NCBI GenBank assembly: GCA_964234715.1
Contig: OZ174280.1
Direction: 5' to 3' (one strand)
Length of the DNA stretch: 64,000 bases
Origin: Podarcis melisellensis
Taxonomy: Eukaryota
Shown here: in pieces, positions 36,808 to 51,200 of the stretch
Numbering within the stretch: the first letter of the stretch is position 1
Layout: each line of letters starts with the position of its first letter
Position numbers and translations under genes: made by a program
Notes under the pieces: model-generated
Databases searched by the model: none
What the model saw: the letters and a program-made list of their open reading frames with translations, nothing else
Told to the model about the DNA's origin: nothing

Positions 36808-39800
36808 CTGTATAGAAAATATATACATGCACACAAAAGATAAATTGAAAACACATTTCAAAAGGGAACTCAGCTATAAAAGCAACAATGTCATCCCTGA
36901 AAATCAAAACATATAGCAGTAGGAAGTGTTGTGCCAGAATGAAGACAGTGTACCAATTAGGGCTGCTTCAGGTCTTTTCCAAAGTGGCACACACAGCCCT
37001 AAAGCTGACATTCCTGTGCAGATGTTTCTCTTTGAGATGCTCACACATCTCGGCCCACTCTTGAATGGAAATTTTCCACTCATCCATATGGAAATTGCTG
37101 GTTTTACCCAGACCTAAAGATCTGAACCAAAGAGAAAAAGAAGTATTCAGTTTACATCTCTGTAAGAAAAAGAGAATGGTGGAGTTCATTGATTATCCAT
37201 GCCAAACAATTACAAACAGTCTACAGGTTATTTCATACAATCATTTTTTCAGGAAGAAGTCACTACGGGTGATAAATCATTATAAAGCTTCTGTACATTT
37301 GTACCTAAAACTGTTTCCTTGTGTAGTGAATGCTTGTAGGAATTTTTCACCTCATGGTGACATTCCCTTATACAAAAGACTTTCTGAGCACTTGAAAAGG
37401 TGAAATCTGGTAGATGGACATGTAAAGAGAGTGAGAAAAATATTTTAGGCTGTAATCCTATACCTGCTCACCTGGGAGTAAGCCTCATTAAACTCAATGG
37501 GACTTATTTCTAAGTAGACACGTATAGGATTGCACTGCCAAATTTTATAAGCTACAGTGAAGATTCTGAAGGCCTTGGAAATCCTTGTAATTAAGAAGCA
37601 GGATATGTACCTTATAAATAAATGAATAAAACACATTAAGAGTATAAAACAAAAACATGGGAAAGAAGATTAAAACTGATGGTTAAAATCAATGCAGTAT
37701 TAAAGGGTGAGTCTTCCATCTTGAGTCAAAATGGAATCTAATTGTGTCCAAACACAGGTGAAAACCTGCACTTTGATCCCTGGAACCATCATGAAATATT
37801 TGGTTAAAATCAATGCAGTTTTGAAAGCTTCAGTCCACTACCTTGAATCCAAATGGTGTTGTTGTTGAATCTCGGGAATCCAAATGGTGTTGTTAGATGA
37901 ATCTCGGGAACCATTGTGCAAAATTTGCTCACAGTATCTCAATTGCATACTGAACAAAAATTACAACCCCCATCAACCTTGACAATTGGCCAGGTTGACC
38001 AATGGGAATTGTAGTCCAAGAACATCTGTATGGTACTAGGTTGGGGAAGGGTGTCTTAGAGTACATTTTCAATGCTTTGTAAGCTGTAGTCAGAACTCAA
38101 TTACAAGAGTGAAAATCAACCAACAATCAAATAACCCTTCACTATTCTACTCATTACACAGTAGCCCTACCCCTCTCAGTAACATGGCCAACTTTGCACT
38201 CGTAATTACCTCTTAGAGGTCCAGTTGCCGGGCAGCTCTACTAGTTAGGAGAATGGCATTTTAGTATTATACATGTTCTTTTTTTATGAGTCACATTTGA
38301 TGATGATAAAAAAATGAAACATCCTTCCCATTCATTTGTCCAGCAATGGATTCATTGTTAATGTAACACAAATATTCATAGCAGAAAGATTCTCTTTGTT
38401 TGGAACTACAAAGAAGGCTTCCTGGCCTTATAATGGCCAGCACTTGCAGAGTTATTCTACTGCTATACTTCAGCTTTCCACTTCATTTTGCTGGTATTCA
38501 TTGTGTTACGGAATAGGACTATGGAGAGCTGTTTTGGAGCACGGTACCACAGTTGAATTAAGGTACGTGCTCTATTTTTTTCAAAGAAAACAACAATCTC
38601 ACTTCATAATGCAATTGTTTCTTGTATAAATTTTTCTGGAATAAAAGGCATCTATGATACAAAAGGAAATAAAGGCTACAGCAACGTTACTCAAAATGGA
38701 GGGCGCAAGATCCAATGGCATGTCAGCTACATTTGTCTGCTGCCAAAGTTAATCACAGGAATTACTCTCTAGTTTATAGACTTTCATGGGTGGGGAAGAA
38801 CCCAACAAGCTCAAAACCTGGCAAATGCCATATTCAATCATGCCACAGTAATGAAGAATTAAGTCTTTATGGCAAAGCATGAAGATAGCAGAGAAGAAAA
38901 TATGGCAGTGATTTATAGAAAGCATGGTGATTTGCCAGGTCTAATTATCACAAAGGATTGGTAACCCTGTTCCAAGGTCCACGAATTCCCTTCTGTTCAT
39001 GGAAATGTCTCTGATCGGGTGACAGCTTCCCTGAATGGAAGGTGCCTTTCCCTCTGCAGTACTCTGCATGCCACAGTCTGCTCCAGTTGTTTGCAGAATT
39101 GAAAAGGATATGTGTGGGGGTGACAGAGGAAGTTGCATGGGAAAGGGAAATTTGTTAGTATCCCCTCCCTTCACTGATCCCTCCACTGGATCAGACAACC
39201 TTTCAGAAATGAAGGACACCTCTGGATACAACACAGTATTTTTGTGAATGTGCCTTGACATTGGGCTGTTGATATATACGGAATATTAATGCCAATCTCC
39301 AACCAAATAAAACTGAGTACCTGGCCCAAAGTCAAAGGTATGTTGGCTCAAAGGGGCTTCCAGGCAGAGCTTGATATTCCAAAAGGCTGATTCAGATATT
39401 ATAAACAGGTTATCAGCAAAGGTTTCTTAAGGTGTCTTTTACACTTTAGATTTTGCTCAGAAAGGATAGATCTGGATTAAATGCAGAGGGGAATGTGGCT
39501 AGCACTTTGGTGCTGATGGCATTGTGTGGATGCTGTGAAGGATTTCCATGCATAAGCAACAGCGATCCTGTAATAAAAACCCCTCCTCAAAGCACTCAAA
39601 ATACTATGTCTTAATTGACTGATGAAATGTAACCTCAATTGCCAAGTTGCAAATTGTCCCTTTAACCCAATCTAAGAAACAGGAAATGAAACCACCATGG
39701 TGTGTCCTGCACATTCCCCTTCAGCCATTTGACACCCCGCCCCTTCCTGCCTCTTGCACTGAGTGGCAGGTGTGTACTCTCACAGCTTAAAGATTGCTAG

Positions 39801-42800
39801 ACCACATTTCACTGACAGACACAATTTTGCTGATAATTATGCTAAAAAAAAAAAGTTTTAGAGTTCTCCAGCACTTGAAGAAACATTAGTTGCCAAAATC
39901 ACACTGCCTGGAGCTTTCTGTAACTAAAAGCCAAAAATATGTGGAAGCAAATCAAACTGAAGCTTTGAATTTAAAATCAACCAACAAATGATAATAGAAA
40001 ACACTATGCAATGTTTAGCCATAATAACAATACCTTACAGGTATTATCAAGATAAAGTAAACATTGGTTGCATAGATGTTCCAGATTTCCTAGATAATTA
40101 AAGGTATATTTCATTTCATTATTATAAGCCAGTTTTTTCCAAGCCAAAGTCTCTTTGAGCATGTCTGTTCTTATAACTATCCTCAACTAAAGGAGGATGG
40201 GGATCAAGAATTAATTATCGAAGGCAGCAATCTAGAAACAACAACAAAAATGTTGAATTTTGAGATGTTACAAAACCCAATAATCATCCTTCATACTTTC
40301 CCAACCTTTCCTTGTGCATTCCATGAAGTATTGGAGGAAAGTGTGTTCATTCTGCATTTTCATTTCATAATCTTGATGACTTTGGAAGACCATTAATTAA
40401 ACAGCCCAAGGAAAAATGATACGAACAGCCTGGGCTGCTAGGACCACAGTTGATATCCCAATGCAATTATGATTCTTAAGCACAGAGATTTCTTTTTTTA
40501 AAAAAAATCAATAAAAGCTATAAAACAAAAAGGGATAAATGTGTATTTATCCCCAAACACAAGTCACTGGAGAGGAAAGCAATGTAGGGAAAAGGTAGTG
40601 CTGCAAACCAGCTGTCACTTCAATATAGATTTTATTAATTTTCTGCTATAACCCTGAACTAAGAAGGAATTGAAGGGCTTCCTTTACTCAGATATTGTAC
40701 AAGAAAAGAATGGAATCATCACTCCCACTTTACTTTATGGAGGATTTAATTCATGGAGTTAACACCAGTGCTCATTTGAAAGTATTTCTTCTTTTTCTCC
40801 CAAGCACTTTGCTGCAGAACAGAAGCTCAGAGCTAAATACGGTTGTGTATTTCTTTTTTTAGAATTATACCTTCCCATGCTTCTTCTTAAGAGCAGTCAG
40901 CAGCAATAGCCTCCCAGTACCAGCATCCCTGTCACTTACCAGGAGTAGGTGAGACGAGGCTGTAGTGTGGTCAAGCTCTGTGGGGACACCAGTGTAGCCA
41001 ACCTGGCCCTCCTGCCAATGCACCTATGCAGCTCCATCCTCACTAAAGTCTCTCCCCTCAGCCTCTCAGTAAGCAACAGCAATGCCAGAGCTAGGAGCAT
41101 AGTTCATTTGTTTCTAAAATGAAGTGCAGCCTTAGAAGGTTGCCATTTTGAGTGGGCCAACCTAACCCAAAGACCATCTGCCATGGCATAGGGGTCCACA
41201 ATGTGGGAGAAGAGTGCTGAACGCAGCACTACTTTGAACATAATCTATTTGATACTTACCATTCAATTTTAAGGAATCTGGAGGCATCCCATTGGATCGC
41301 CCTCTCAGACAAGAGCCCCAGTCTTCGAGAGGAGATCTGTTGTTGTACCCTGCCCCATGCCTCATCACCACAAAAGCCTCTGCAGCCCTGGCCCTACCAG
41401 CCCTGGAGCCCTAATGTCAGCTGGAGATACAGCTTCATTTTATGTCAGTTTCTTTAAAAAACAAAAAGAAGACACTATAATGCTTTTTTAAGCACTATAA
41501 TGTGTGTGTGTGCTTTAATTGTAATTTTCATCTACCCAATGATCCCTGGAGCATGTCATCATACACTTGCAGGCAGCGGCCCCTGCAACTTAAATTTCCA
41601 AGTTTTGAAAATGCCAAGAGCTTCATGATGATATATAAAAACCCATCCCTCAGATTGCTTTCCTTTACCTTTGCACTTATCAGAAGTGAGGCAAGAGGTT
41701 TTACTGATATTTTGAGTCTGATTCTGTCATCATTACTTCCAAAGAGATACTTTTCCTGTGCTAACGCAGGTGTACGGCTAGTCATTTCACAGAAACTACC
41801 TGCCGAGAGATTTTCAGCTCTTCAGCCCTTCAAATCCCACAACTGTCTATGTCTCCAGACACCAGTTTCAGAAGCCCAGCATTCATTATTTTTATTATCA
41901 ACCTTGGAAAAAAAACTTTTGAGATTCTCTCTCTCTCAATGAAAACAAGTTATCTACAAAATTCAGGTTGAGTATTTGTTTTTCAGTGGTGGGGGTGTCC
42001 TTAGATGAATCTCATGAGGCAACTGTAAGTATTTTCTGTGTCAATAAAAAAATAAGTAAAAGTTTTTATTGCAGACCGTATGACAAATTATGGCTAGTTT
42101 ACCCTGCACAAGCACATATTGTATATATATCATTTCAAAAGGCTGTGGTCAAAGCTGTAAAACTCAGATAAGCTGGAAAAAAATTCAGGATGCTTCACAA
42201 GAAATATACAAAATGGAAGTCATGGCAAAATCATTACAGCATGTGCTGAAGCTGGTGACAGAGAGGCAACAAGATGAACAGGACTGTCCCAGCTTCCCCC
42301 CTCACATGTTGGTTATTATAGGGGCAGGAGGAAGAATGACTGACAAGGGCTGTTGTAAGTGTGTGTATGTACATACAAAGGGGCTTGCTGGATCACAGCT
42401 TTGGTATACCATGGTGTAACTTAATGTTATAAAGGAAAACAGCACTTTCCCACTGCTCTACTCTCTTCATGTGACCTCTGTAATATAATTCATATGTGAC
42501 ATGATCTGTGGGTTTTGTGCTCCCACTTCATATAAATAACGGCTCAATGCGTGGAAGGGACACAGAGAAGGGTGACGTCACATGGCTTGGTATACTATAT
42601 CATGAGGCAGAAATGTGACATAAGGATAGCTTCATAGTTCTTGTAATAACTAGTTCCACAATGGAGCTGTTCCTATTTTGATTCAGTTTGAGTTTGGGAG
42701 GTTTTTAACAGGACGTGTTTAACAGGGGTGTTTAGGAGGGGAACCAATGCCATTAAAAATCTCAGGGGCGCTGATGTATATATTATTCCCTTCGGTTATA

Positions 42801-43959
42801 GGTGACTGATCTAAAATTCTAAGAACAATTTGAAACCCTTAACTTACCATTATGCCATCCCTCAAGTGTCCCTTTGTAAGTGACTGGGGTTTAAAATCCC
42901 CAAATAGGAAATCTTCAACTAAGAAATGATGGAACATATTAAGCAGACAGCATCTTTTCTCTGTTTTGCTTAGAATGGAGTACCTTCTCCTAATGACCTT
43001 TTTCTCTCAAGAAAATTAATTTTTAAGTGGAGAGGGGGAAACACAAGGAAAGCAAAGATTACTGTGTGGAAAATATATCAATATCAGCAAGAAAGAGATT
43101 TGATTTTTTTCATTGCTTCAGGTTTGAGTCTTTAAAAAACAAAAACAAATAGACATTCTAGTCAGACGTGAAAAGTCAAAATTTGCATTTAAATTGAGGT
43201 AATTTGGGCTACCTACCCACCCCCTCACTTCTCTCTCAAGTGCAGAACACAAACTACTAGATCTCTCAATTCTCACAAATGGAAGTACAGCAAAGAGGTT
43301 CGCCTTTCACTAACTACACATAGGGTTCAAACTGGCAAGCATAAGAAGTGCCCAGATGATTCACAGGCTACTTAACAGTTGCTAACCTGTTTCAACAGAC
43401 ATTTCATGATGCTGAAAACTCTCAGATAGGGATGGGAAATTGGTCTATTTCTATCCATATCACTTCTGCATGGTTTTCACTCATATCTGCATTAATCTGC
43501 ATTTTTAAAATAAAAAACTCCTTTCAAACTATGCATTTAAATACATATTTAAATATGTAAATGTTCATTTCCTCTCAAAGCAAGTATTTAAATGCATATT
43601 TTCCCTCAAAATATTATTTCAATGAATATTTTTATACATTTAAACTACCAAGAACTGCATGGCAGGAAAGTGTAGACTCTGGTATTTTATAGCTAAGTTC
43701 CAATCCACACGAGTCTGAGAGATTAAGATCAGGTCATTTAATATAGAAACGCACACAGACTGGATTCTGCAGGCATCCTTACAATGATCTGCAGAATCCA
43801 GTTTGTGTGGATTTCCTACATCAAATGACCTGATCTGCACCCATCAGACCAGGCTCAGGAGCAGGGATGGGGAAACTGTGGCCCTTCAGATGTTGTTGAA
43901 CTCTAATACCGACCAGTCTAAGCCTCTTCCTAGCTAGAAATCACTTGCATAACCTTCCA

Positions 43960-44540
43960 CCAGGGGTGTTAGGGGAGGGGTAGTACCTCCAGTGAGGGAC
44001 ACCTCATGCTGTCCACCTTTGGTCCCCACCCTGCACTCAGCGCTCACCTGTGGCTCCTAGAAGCCATTAGCATGCAACAGTGGCCACACCATAGGAGATG
44101 GCTTTGATTGGCTGGCTAAACCAGGTGAAGGTATCCTTACCCTGCATGTGAAGACAAGCTCCAGAGGATTGAGCAGACAAGGCCAATAGTGGGGCAAATG
44201 GTCAAGAAGGCGGTTTCTGCAGATGCTGTAGAGTAGAGCTTTCCAAACTGTAGGTTGAGACATGGAAATGTGTTGGCTGCAGCGTGTAGGTGTGTTGCAT
44301 GACATGTGTCCGTATCTCTTATAAGGGGTAAGTTTAACCTTCAGTTTGCTAGTAACACTGAATTAGTGTGCCATGAAATGATGCATGTCTAAAAAATGTG
44401 TCACCAACATGCTTTGCTGTAGAGGGAAGTGAGGGGCAGGTGGGGCTTATCCACCTGGGAAGGTAGCCCATCTAGGAGAAGGAAAACTCTGGTCCTAAAC
44501 CTCTGCTGCCTTGCGGCATGTCTTCAGGGGAAGAAAAGAT
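43960..44540 (+). mobile_element. Probable RTE LINE 5' region, interrupted by the hAT MITE
   Basis: CCTGGGAAGGTAGCCCATCTAGGAGAAGGAAAACTCTG resembles RTE 5'UTR motifs (from memory). Boundaries approximate. Confidence 0.45.
44234..44416. mobile_element. hAT-type MITE inserted into an older repeat
   Basis: 8-bp TSD CTGTAGAG at 44226-44233 and 44417-44424. Degenerate termini TAGAGC...GCTTTG. Confidence 0.65.
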
Positions 44541-44689
44541 ACAGACCAGGCAGCTAAGAGACAGAACCATGCCCAATTTCTGCTGGAATTCTGCTGGAAT
44601 TAACATCTCTTGAAGTGTTAATGCTGTGAAGCTATTAGATGAGGCATGATAGTTGGGGCCTCGTGGTCCAAAATATCTTCAAGTGGAAA

Positions 44690-44847
44690 AAGTAGGCTCA
44701 GGATGTATATATGTGTAAATAAACCATATATCCTAAAGACATCACAGTCTCCAATGTGCCTCATTCCAACGGAATCATGAACCCCAGGGTAAGTGCCTAG
44801 AAATCCTGGAACCTTGTAGCGCTCAGAGGTTGGGCTGGTGGGCAACA
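44690..44847 (+). mobile_element. 3' part of the same LTR family as 47670-48237, opposite orientation
   Basis: AGGCTCAGG...AATAAACCATATATCCTAAAGAC...CAGTCTCCA.TGTGCCTCAT is the reverse complement of about 47755-47826. Both copies end in GCAACA. Confidence 0.7.
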
Positions 44848-46028
44848 ATAGGATGAAAACTGCCACAAGTACAGCAACTTGAAAAAGCTGAAACTGAAAC
44901 ACTAGGATGGAACAATGGCAATTGTTTGCAGTCCTGTTTCCAATGTTTCGACTCAGTTAACAATGCAAATGAATAACTTGAGGGTCCCTCAACCACAGGG
45001 GGACTCTAATTCTGCACATACTGCTGCTGTGCCCATCCACAACAGGAAGATTTCTCTAGCAACACAATAAGGCTCAGAGACATTGTAAGACATTACAGGT
45101 CCAGAACAACATGAGGCATCTCTGCTGGTCCCAGGCACTTCCTCCTGACCTGGATTTGGATCTGAAAGGCCAAGGGAAATTGTGGGTGCATGGAAGGTAA
45201 ATTGTCAGCAAGCACAATTTGTGACCTTGCACAATATCATTACTGATCAGAGTGTGTTTCTGTAAAGGCATCAGCCTCAGCTTCTAATTTCCAGGCTGTT
45301 TGGATCATGAGCCAACGTGAGATAGCTTTAACCCAGGTCTTAAACCAGCCTGTGTTTTGACCACTGAATAACAATTCTGAGGCAAGTTTGCAGCTGCTGG
45401 GTAAAATTGTGGGTTTTCCAACCTTTTAACCTGGGATGGAAGTAACCACGCCAGTCCAATTATCGCCCTGACAACTCCACACCTTCCTGGCATCTTTTCT
45501 TATATCCTTTCTGAAACTTCTTCCTATCCCTAGCTGCCAAGAAAGCTCTGCTGTCAGTCGGCTGCTGGGTTTATTACACCATCTGAACCTTGTTTTTATT
45601 TGTGTATGTTATTAAGGAGACAGTTCTACCAACCCTTCCAGGTGCCTGTAACCTTCATAAAACAAACAAGGCCTATAGACAGACAGTGGCACGCTTCCCA
45701 GAACTGTGCCTTCAGCTGGAAAACAAGAACAATGTTACCACATGCTTTGACTTTTAAAAGATGCAGCTAATTGAAGTGCCTCCTCATGTCTTTCTCCAAG
45801 TTTATGTGTGTGTGTTTTTTTCTAAAAGTAAGGCAGCAAAATGGCTGATGCCGCAGATGGCCATAGAGGAAAAGGAGCACATTACAGTTTTCTTGCTGCC
45901 ACACACTTTCAATGCACATAGAACTGGTCCCCCTGAGAGTGATGGGATGATGATATTCTGTCACTCCCAAGGGGAATTGCACGGGGGAGGGGGGAGAAAG
46001 AGCTTTTATTTTCAGGTAGACATGCATA

Positions 46029-46376
46029 AAGGTAAAGGACCCCTGACAGTCAAGACCAGTCACAAATGACTCTGGGTTGCGACGCTCGTCTCACTTTGCT
46101 GGCTGAGGGAGCCGACGTTTGTCCACAGACAGTTTTTCCAGGTCATGTGGCCAGCATGACTTAAGCTGCTTCTGGTGAAACCAGAGCAGTGCACAGAAAC
46201 GCCATTTACCTTCCTGCCAGAGCAGTACCTATTTATCTACTTGCACTTTGATGTGCTTTCGAACTGCTAGGTTGGCAGGAGCTGGGACCAAGCAATGGGA
46301 GCTCACCCTGTCATGGGGATTCCAGTCAGCAAGCCCAAGGCTCAGTGGTTTAGACCATAACACCACCCGCGTCCTG
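46029..46376 (-). mobile_element. Sauria SINE, near full length
   Basis: tRNA-like head GGACGCGGGTGGTG...GGTCTAAACCACTGAGCC, typical body and a CCTTTACCTT tail. 8-bp direct repeat CATGCATA at 46021-46028 and 46377-46384. Confidence 0.9.
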
Positions 46377-47669
46377 CATGCATAGGGTTGCATTATTAGT
46401 TTACTAATTTGGGATCAGCCAAGACTGAAACGAAAAGTGCACCATCTAATTGCTATTAAGTCCCCTGTACAAAAATATAAATTGGTAGCTACATTGTCAA
46501 CTGAGACTGATGTTTCCAGTGATTTAGGTAACTGATAACAGACTCTGCTATTGGTACTTTCAGAAAAATGTCCATATTATTCCGAAGAGTGTTCTGCATT
46601 GTGCAATGCTAACTTGTGGTGGTGTTTGATTGAATGTGACAGTTTCTGGTCTAGCAACTGCTGTGAACATTTTCCCCACAAGTATGTTGCTTCCCTAGCC
46701 AGTGCCTAGGGGCCAACACAGCCTCAAGTCAACTCTTGCTAGTACTATGAGATGGCTTCTATTTGGGAGGAGGAAACAAACAGGCAGATCACAACAACAA
46801 TAGCTGGAAAGACTTCACTTCAATTTTAGTATGTTATTGAGGGTTTAAATAGTACTCCCTCATCTCCTCTCCCCCAAATTTTGTGATCTGTAAACCCAAC
46901 AGCACTGTTTCTGAATGCCTCTCAGAACCTTAGAGATGGGGGAACATAAAGATCACCAATCAAAACCTACCATAATGAAGTACAATCCTGATGCTCAAAA
47001 AAGTGTCCCTGGCCAACAAACATGTGTGCCATGTTCAGAAAGCAAGAGAGAGCATCACACCCATAGCAAAAGTATCCACTGCAAAAGGTAAATCTTTTAA
47101 TAAAACAAAGCAGTGCAGTTTGGCATGCAAGCCAGACCCTGCCAGAATCTTAAGCTACCAATGAATCTGGCCTTAGAAAACCTTCTTCCTTAGCTTCATC
47201 TATTCAGCTCCTTCTGGACCAGGTGGTGGGGTATAGGAATGAATACACACCCGGAATCCCCTCAAGCCTGGCAGTGCCGTTGATCTCCTTGCAAAATGAC
47301 TTTGTGCTTTGCCAGTTGTCCAGTGTTTAATATTACTTTACGTAAGAGCTGATGCTTGAACAGAAATGAAACAAAATCACCCTTAAAACAGGAGTAGAAT
47401 AAAGTTTATGAAGATACTATGCTGATCATTATTTGGAAGGGCCCCCTTCTCAATGAATTGGCTTGCTCTGTTGTTTTCATGTGGTAATCATTTCTCCTGA
47501 GTGGACCCCAATACAACCATGATAAATGTCATGTTCACTGCACCAAAAATGATGGTATGCATCAGCCCAATGGAGATATTGCAGTAAAAAAAGGAAAAAC
47601 GACAACCAACTCCTATGCTGGCTTGCATGAATTTTCTACTTGATAAATAAAGGATATTAGGAATAATAT

Positions 47670-48237
47670 TGTTGCATACCACCCCAATCTCCAAGCAGTG
47701 TGAGATTCCAGGGGTTGCATGCACCTACCCAGGGGTTTGTTTTTCCTTTTGGACATGAGGCACAGTGGAGACTGTAGTGTCTTTAGGATATATGGTTTAT
47801 TCACACATATGTACAACCTGAGCCTATGATGAAGGGGTTCACCGCATCAACACCCCAAAAGGGTTTGTTTTTCTCATAGCTGCAGCCTTGGATTCAAAGG
47901 CAACCATCATGCTCTGACTCTCTCTCAAGCTTGCTGCCTTTACCAGTCTGCAAACTTTTCTTCCTCTAAGTAACATCACAGCCAACCCTAAATGCTCTAA
48001 TTCAGACTCTGGCTGTGTCTTCTAACTAACTATCTGAGAGCTGTAGGAAGGCCCCATCCATTTACCATCTGGCCCAGAGTCTCCTCTCTTTAGCTTTGTT
48101 AATGGTCCATCACCTTTCCCTTTGTTCTCTCTTAATGGCTCATCTCTCAGGCAATTACCTCATCAGGAAACTAGCCTGTCTTGTTTTTTAACCCTTGCTA
48201 AATCCAGGGGTTCAAGAGGTTTGATTAAATCCGAACA
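47670..48237 (-). mobile_element. Solo LTR-like element (568 bp)
   Basis: TGTT...AACA termini, an internal AATAAA on the minus strand, and homology to a second copy at about 44690-44847. No TSD recognisable. Confidence 0.62.
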
Positions 48238-51200
48238 CTTACTGCGTCCAGGAATTTAGGGGAGCCTGGCACCCACAAACTCATAGCAATATATTGCAAC
48301 AGGGACTGCAACAAAATGCTGTAGTGCGGAGTGCCCTTGTTCAGGGAACAAGCCAGCCATGCCCTCTTCCAGGATATTCCACACTGAAGACCAGCAGAAT
48401 TAATCCCCATTGCACTCTAGAGGTGTCATGCGCAAACAACAGTGCTTCCAGAAAGTTCCAGTTCCTGGTGGTAAAATATGCTCTACTGGGATCTGGGGAC
48501 CACTTGCCTCCATGTAGGTTTTTGACCTTGGGACAGAGAAAGGGCGACAGCAGGGGTGGATGCTTTGTGAATCTTCCACTGGGGCAAGATATGGGGAACT
48601 TGTGCATCCCTCCCCCACACATAGATTCATTCTAATCTGGCAGCCATAGCAACTAGCTTTTGGAAAACTGCCGTTCTGTGTTTTCTCAGAAGGCAGCCGC
48701 TTTTGTGTGTTACAGGAGAGTAGTTTTTTTTCCAGATTAAGCAGAGCACAGCTACTTTTAAAAAAACCTAGAAAGCTGATGATTGTTGGTCAGATGGGTT
48801 GATGTATGTATGCAGTGCGGTAGTTTGTCCTCCAAGCTGGAGAACACAATAGTTCCTGCATGCCTCTCCAGACCCTTCCTGTTGTCTAGAAGCTTTCTGG
48901 GTTTTTTTTTTTTAAAAAGAACATGAATATATATAGCATTTCCCCCTCAATATTTTGGAAGTTCCAGCCTTCTCATTGTTTACAGTCTCTTTAATCATTT
49001 GACAATAAATGGAGCAATGGTATGCTTATCTACAGCTAAGACTGTGTCCACATAGTCAACAAGAAATCTTTTGAGCATTCCATTGTGCTATTGTGTTTGC
49101 TATCCTCTCCGAAGATATCTACAGAATAAAGGTGTGTGTGTGTGAGAGAGAGAGAGACAGAGAGACAGAGAGAGAGAGAGCACTGCAGTGTGAAGCATGA
49201 GAATATTAATTTAAATCACCAGCCAGTAATATTAGATATGATTTTTAAAAGCTCTCAGTTTGAAATATACAAATACACAGTAGATATTTAACAGCATGGA
49301 AGGAATGAAGGTACTTTCCTCATCAGATTTAAATATGCCTCAATAAATGCTTCCAACCAACCTATTTTTTTTATTTTGCAATTCATCCAATTCTGAAGTT
49401 GGTTCAGATGTTTTTAAAAAGAAAACAAGCTGCATGCGCAGACGCAAGAAGTTAATGCAAGAAACTGAAATTGCTGCCTTATAACATAAAGCCTGCTAAG
49501 TCTCACTGCAATCTAACATATACTTAAATTGGAGAATGCTTGTCTTTAAAATTAAGCTTTTGTGTAAGTATTCTACAATTTTCACAGAACAAGCCCCATT
49601 GAAGGCAAAGCTTACAAATTTATGGGAACAAGGTTTGGAAGAGATTGATTCTGGTCAAAAAATGATGTGGACTTCTTTTTAAAAAATAAATAAACATTTA
49701 CAAATAAGCAAACAAACAAACAAACCAACATTTATTTTTATATTTATTTTCACCAGAGGCCTGCAACCAGTGAAGTGCATCTGTCTCCCTCACTATTAAC
49801 TTTTAGGTGAAATTTAAAAACATTCCTGTTTACCCAGGCATTTGATGGCTGAAAGTTCTGTCCCTGCCATCCCTGAAATTATTAGTTTGAGAGTAGGTGA
49901 TTGCTTTTAGGAGTTCTAAAATGTTTTTGAGAAAGCTGTTTTAAACTGCTTCAATTTGTTTTTGTTTTTTAAAGAAACTTTTAATTGTGTATGTTTGCTG
50001 TCCTAGGTTATTTTGGAGGAAGGTGCAGGGTACGAATCAAATCACTAAATCAAATAGGTTCATACACCTCACCATCGTCACCAATCAACAGATTATGGGG
50101 GTGGGGATTTCTGAACTTTTGTCCATTTGTGTGTCTCATGCACCCTGAGCCTATTCCTATCCTTCCGTTCCACTTCAGATTCCACTTCCCACAATATTTG
50201 AAAGAGAGAGATGGGCAGCTGGAGAGGGAGTAGGAATGACCCCAGACAAGAGGCATTGGGACTCATGAGAAGGGAGAACAATTATGGGCACACTTAGAAC
50301 TTGGGAAGTGGGGCATTTTTCTGAGCATTCTCCATTTTTCTTTGTAACTGCCAGCTCAAATCAAGTTTGAGGGAGCTTATCCACTGCTAGAGAAGACATT
50401 GCATCCAGTTTCGTTCTACATCCTCTTCTTGCCTTAGCGGCCTTGAGACTCTAGAGCTTAAGTTTGGGTTGAGCAATGTCCTAGAGCTAACTAGCCTCTT
50501 GTTTCTTTGCCTATGGCTGTTTCTCTGTTCCCATCTTCAATATCATTACCCCCATGACTGCCTCACCCCCTGCAATCACATGATCCTCCATACACACTGG
50601 TACATGTTCAGATTGCAACACAGTGGCAAACTATTTGCAATCCACACACATTCCACACTGGTGGTCTGTCTGCATCTCCTATGCTGTGCGAAGGCCCTCT
50701 GCGACGCAGTGTAATCCTTCTCACAAAACGCTACACGTCAGTGCTTGTAGTGCTCTGATATAGTGCGGCATAAGATAGTGGACGAATTGCCCTGCACGAG
50801 CTTCATGCTTTCTGTTCTGTGCTCAGAATCACCTTCTCCACTCTTATCCCAAATCTTGATGCTTTTTTCATCGAGTCCCATTGCTTAGATTCCCCGCCCC
50901 CCCGGTTAACGATCCCTCAGCTCTGCCTCTGATGTAGACTAGCTCTGATCACACTCTGCCCTGATCAGCCCACACTAGACACCAATGCTGACAGTCATAT
51001 GGAATCAGTTGTCAGGGTAAGCACAGTGTGATAAATGTTGTGCTCCTGTGCACACTTTAGAAGCAGCTACTGTAGCACCCTGCTGATTTTATTAGTAGCT
51101 ACCCAAGTCCTTGTAAATGTCATTGATTCATTCATAAAGCTATGGCATTTGGGTCTTTTAAAGTGGAGGAAAAGATTCATGTGCAACCAAGTTCGAGCCT

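Noticed and set aside
41811-41826. Minus-strand CTGAAGA-GCT-GAAA as a second hammerhead core
   Set aside because: Only 3 nt separate the core boxes, so no stem II can form, and there are no flanking stems.
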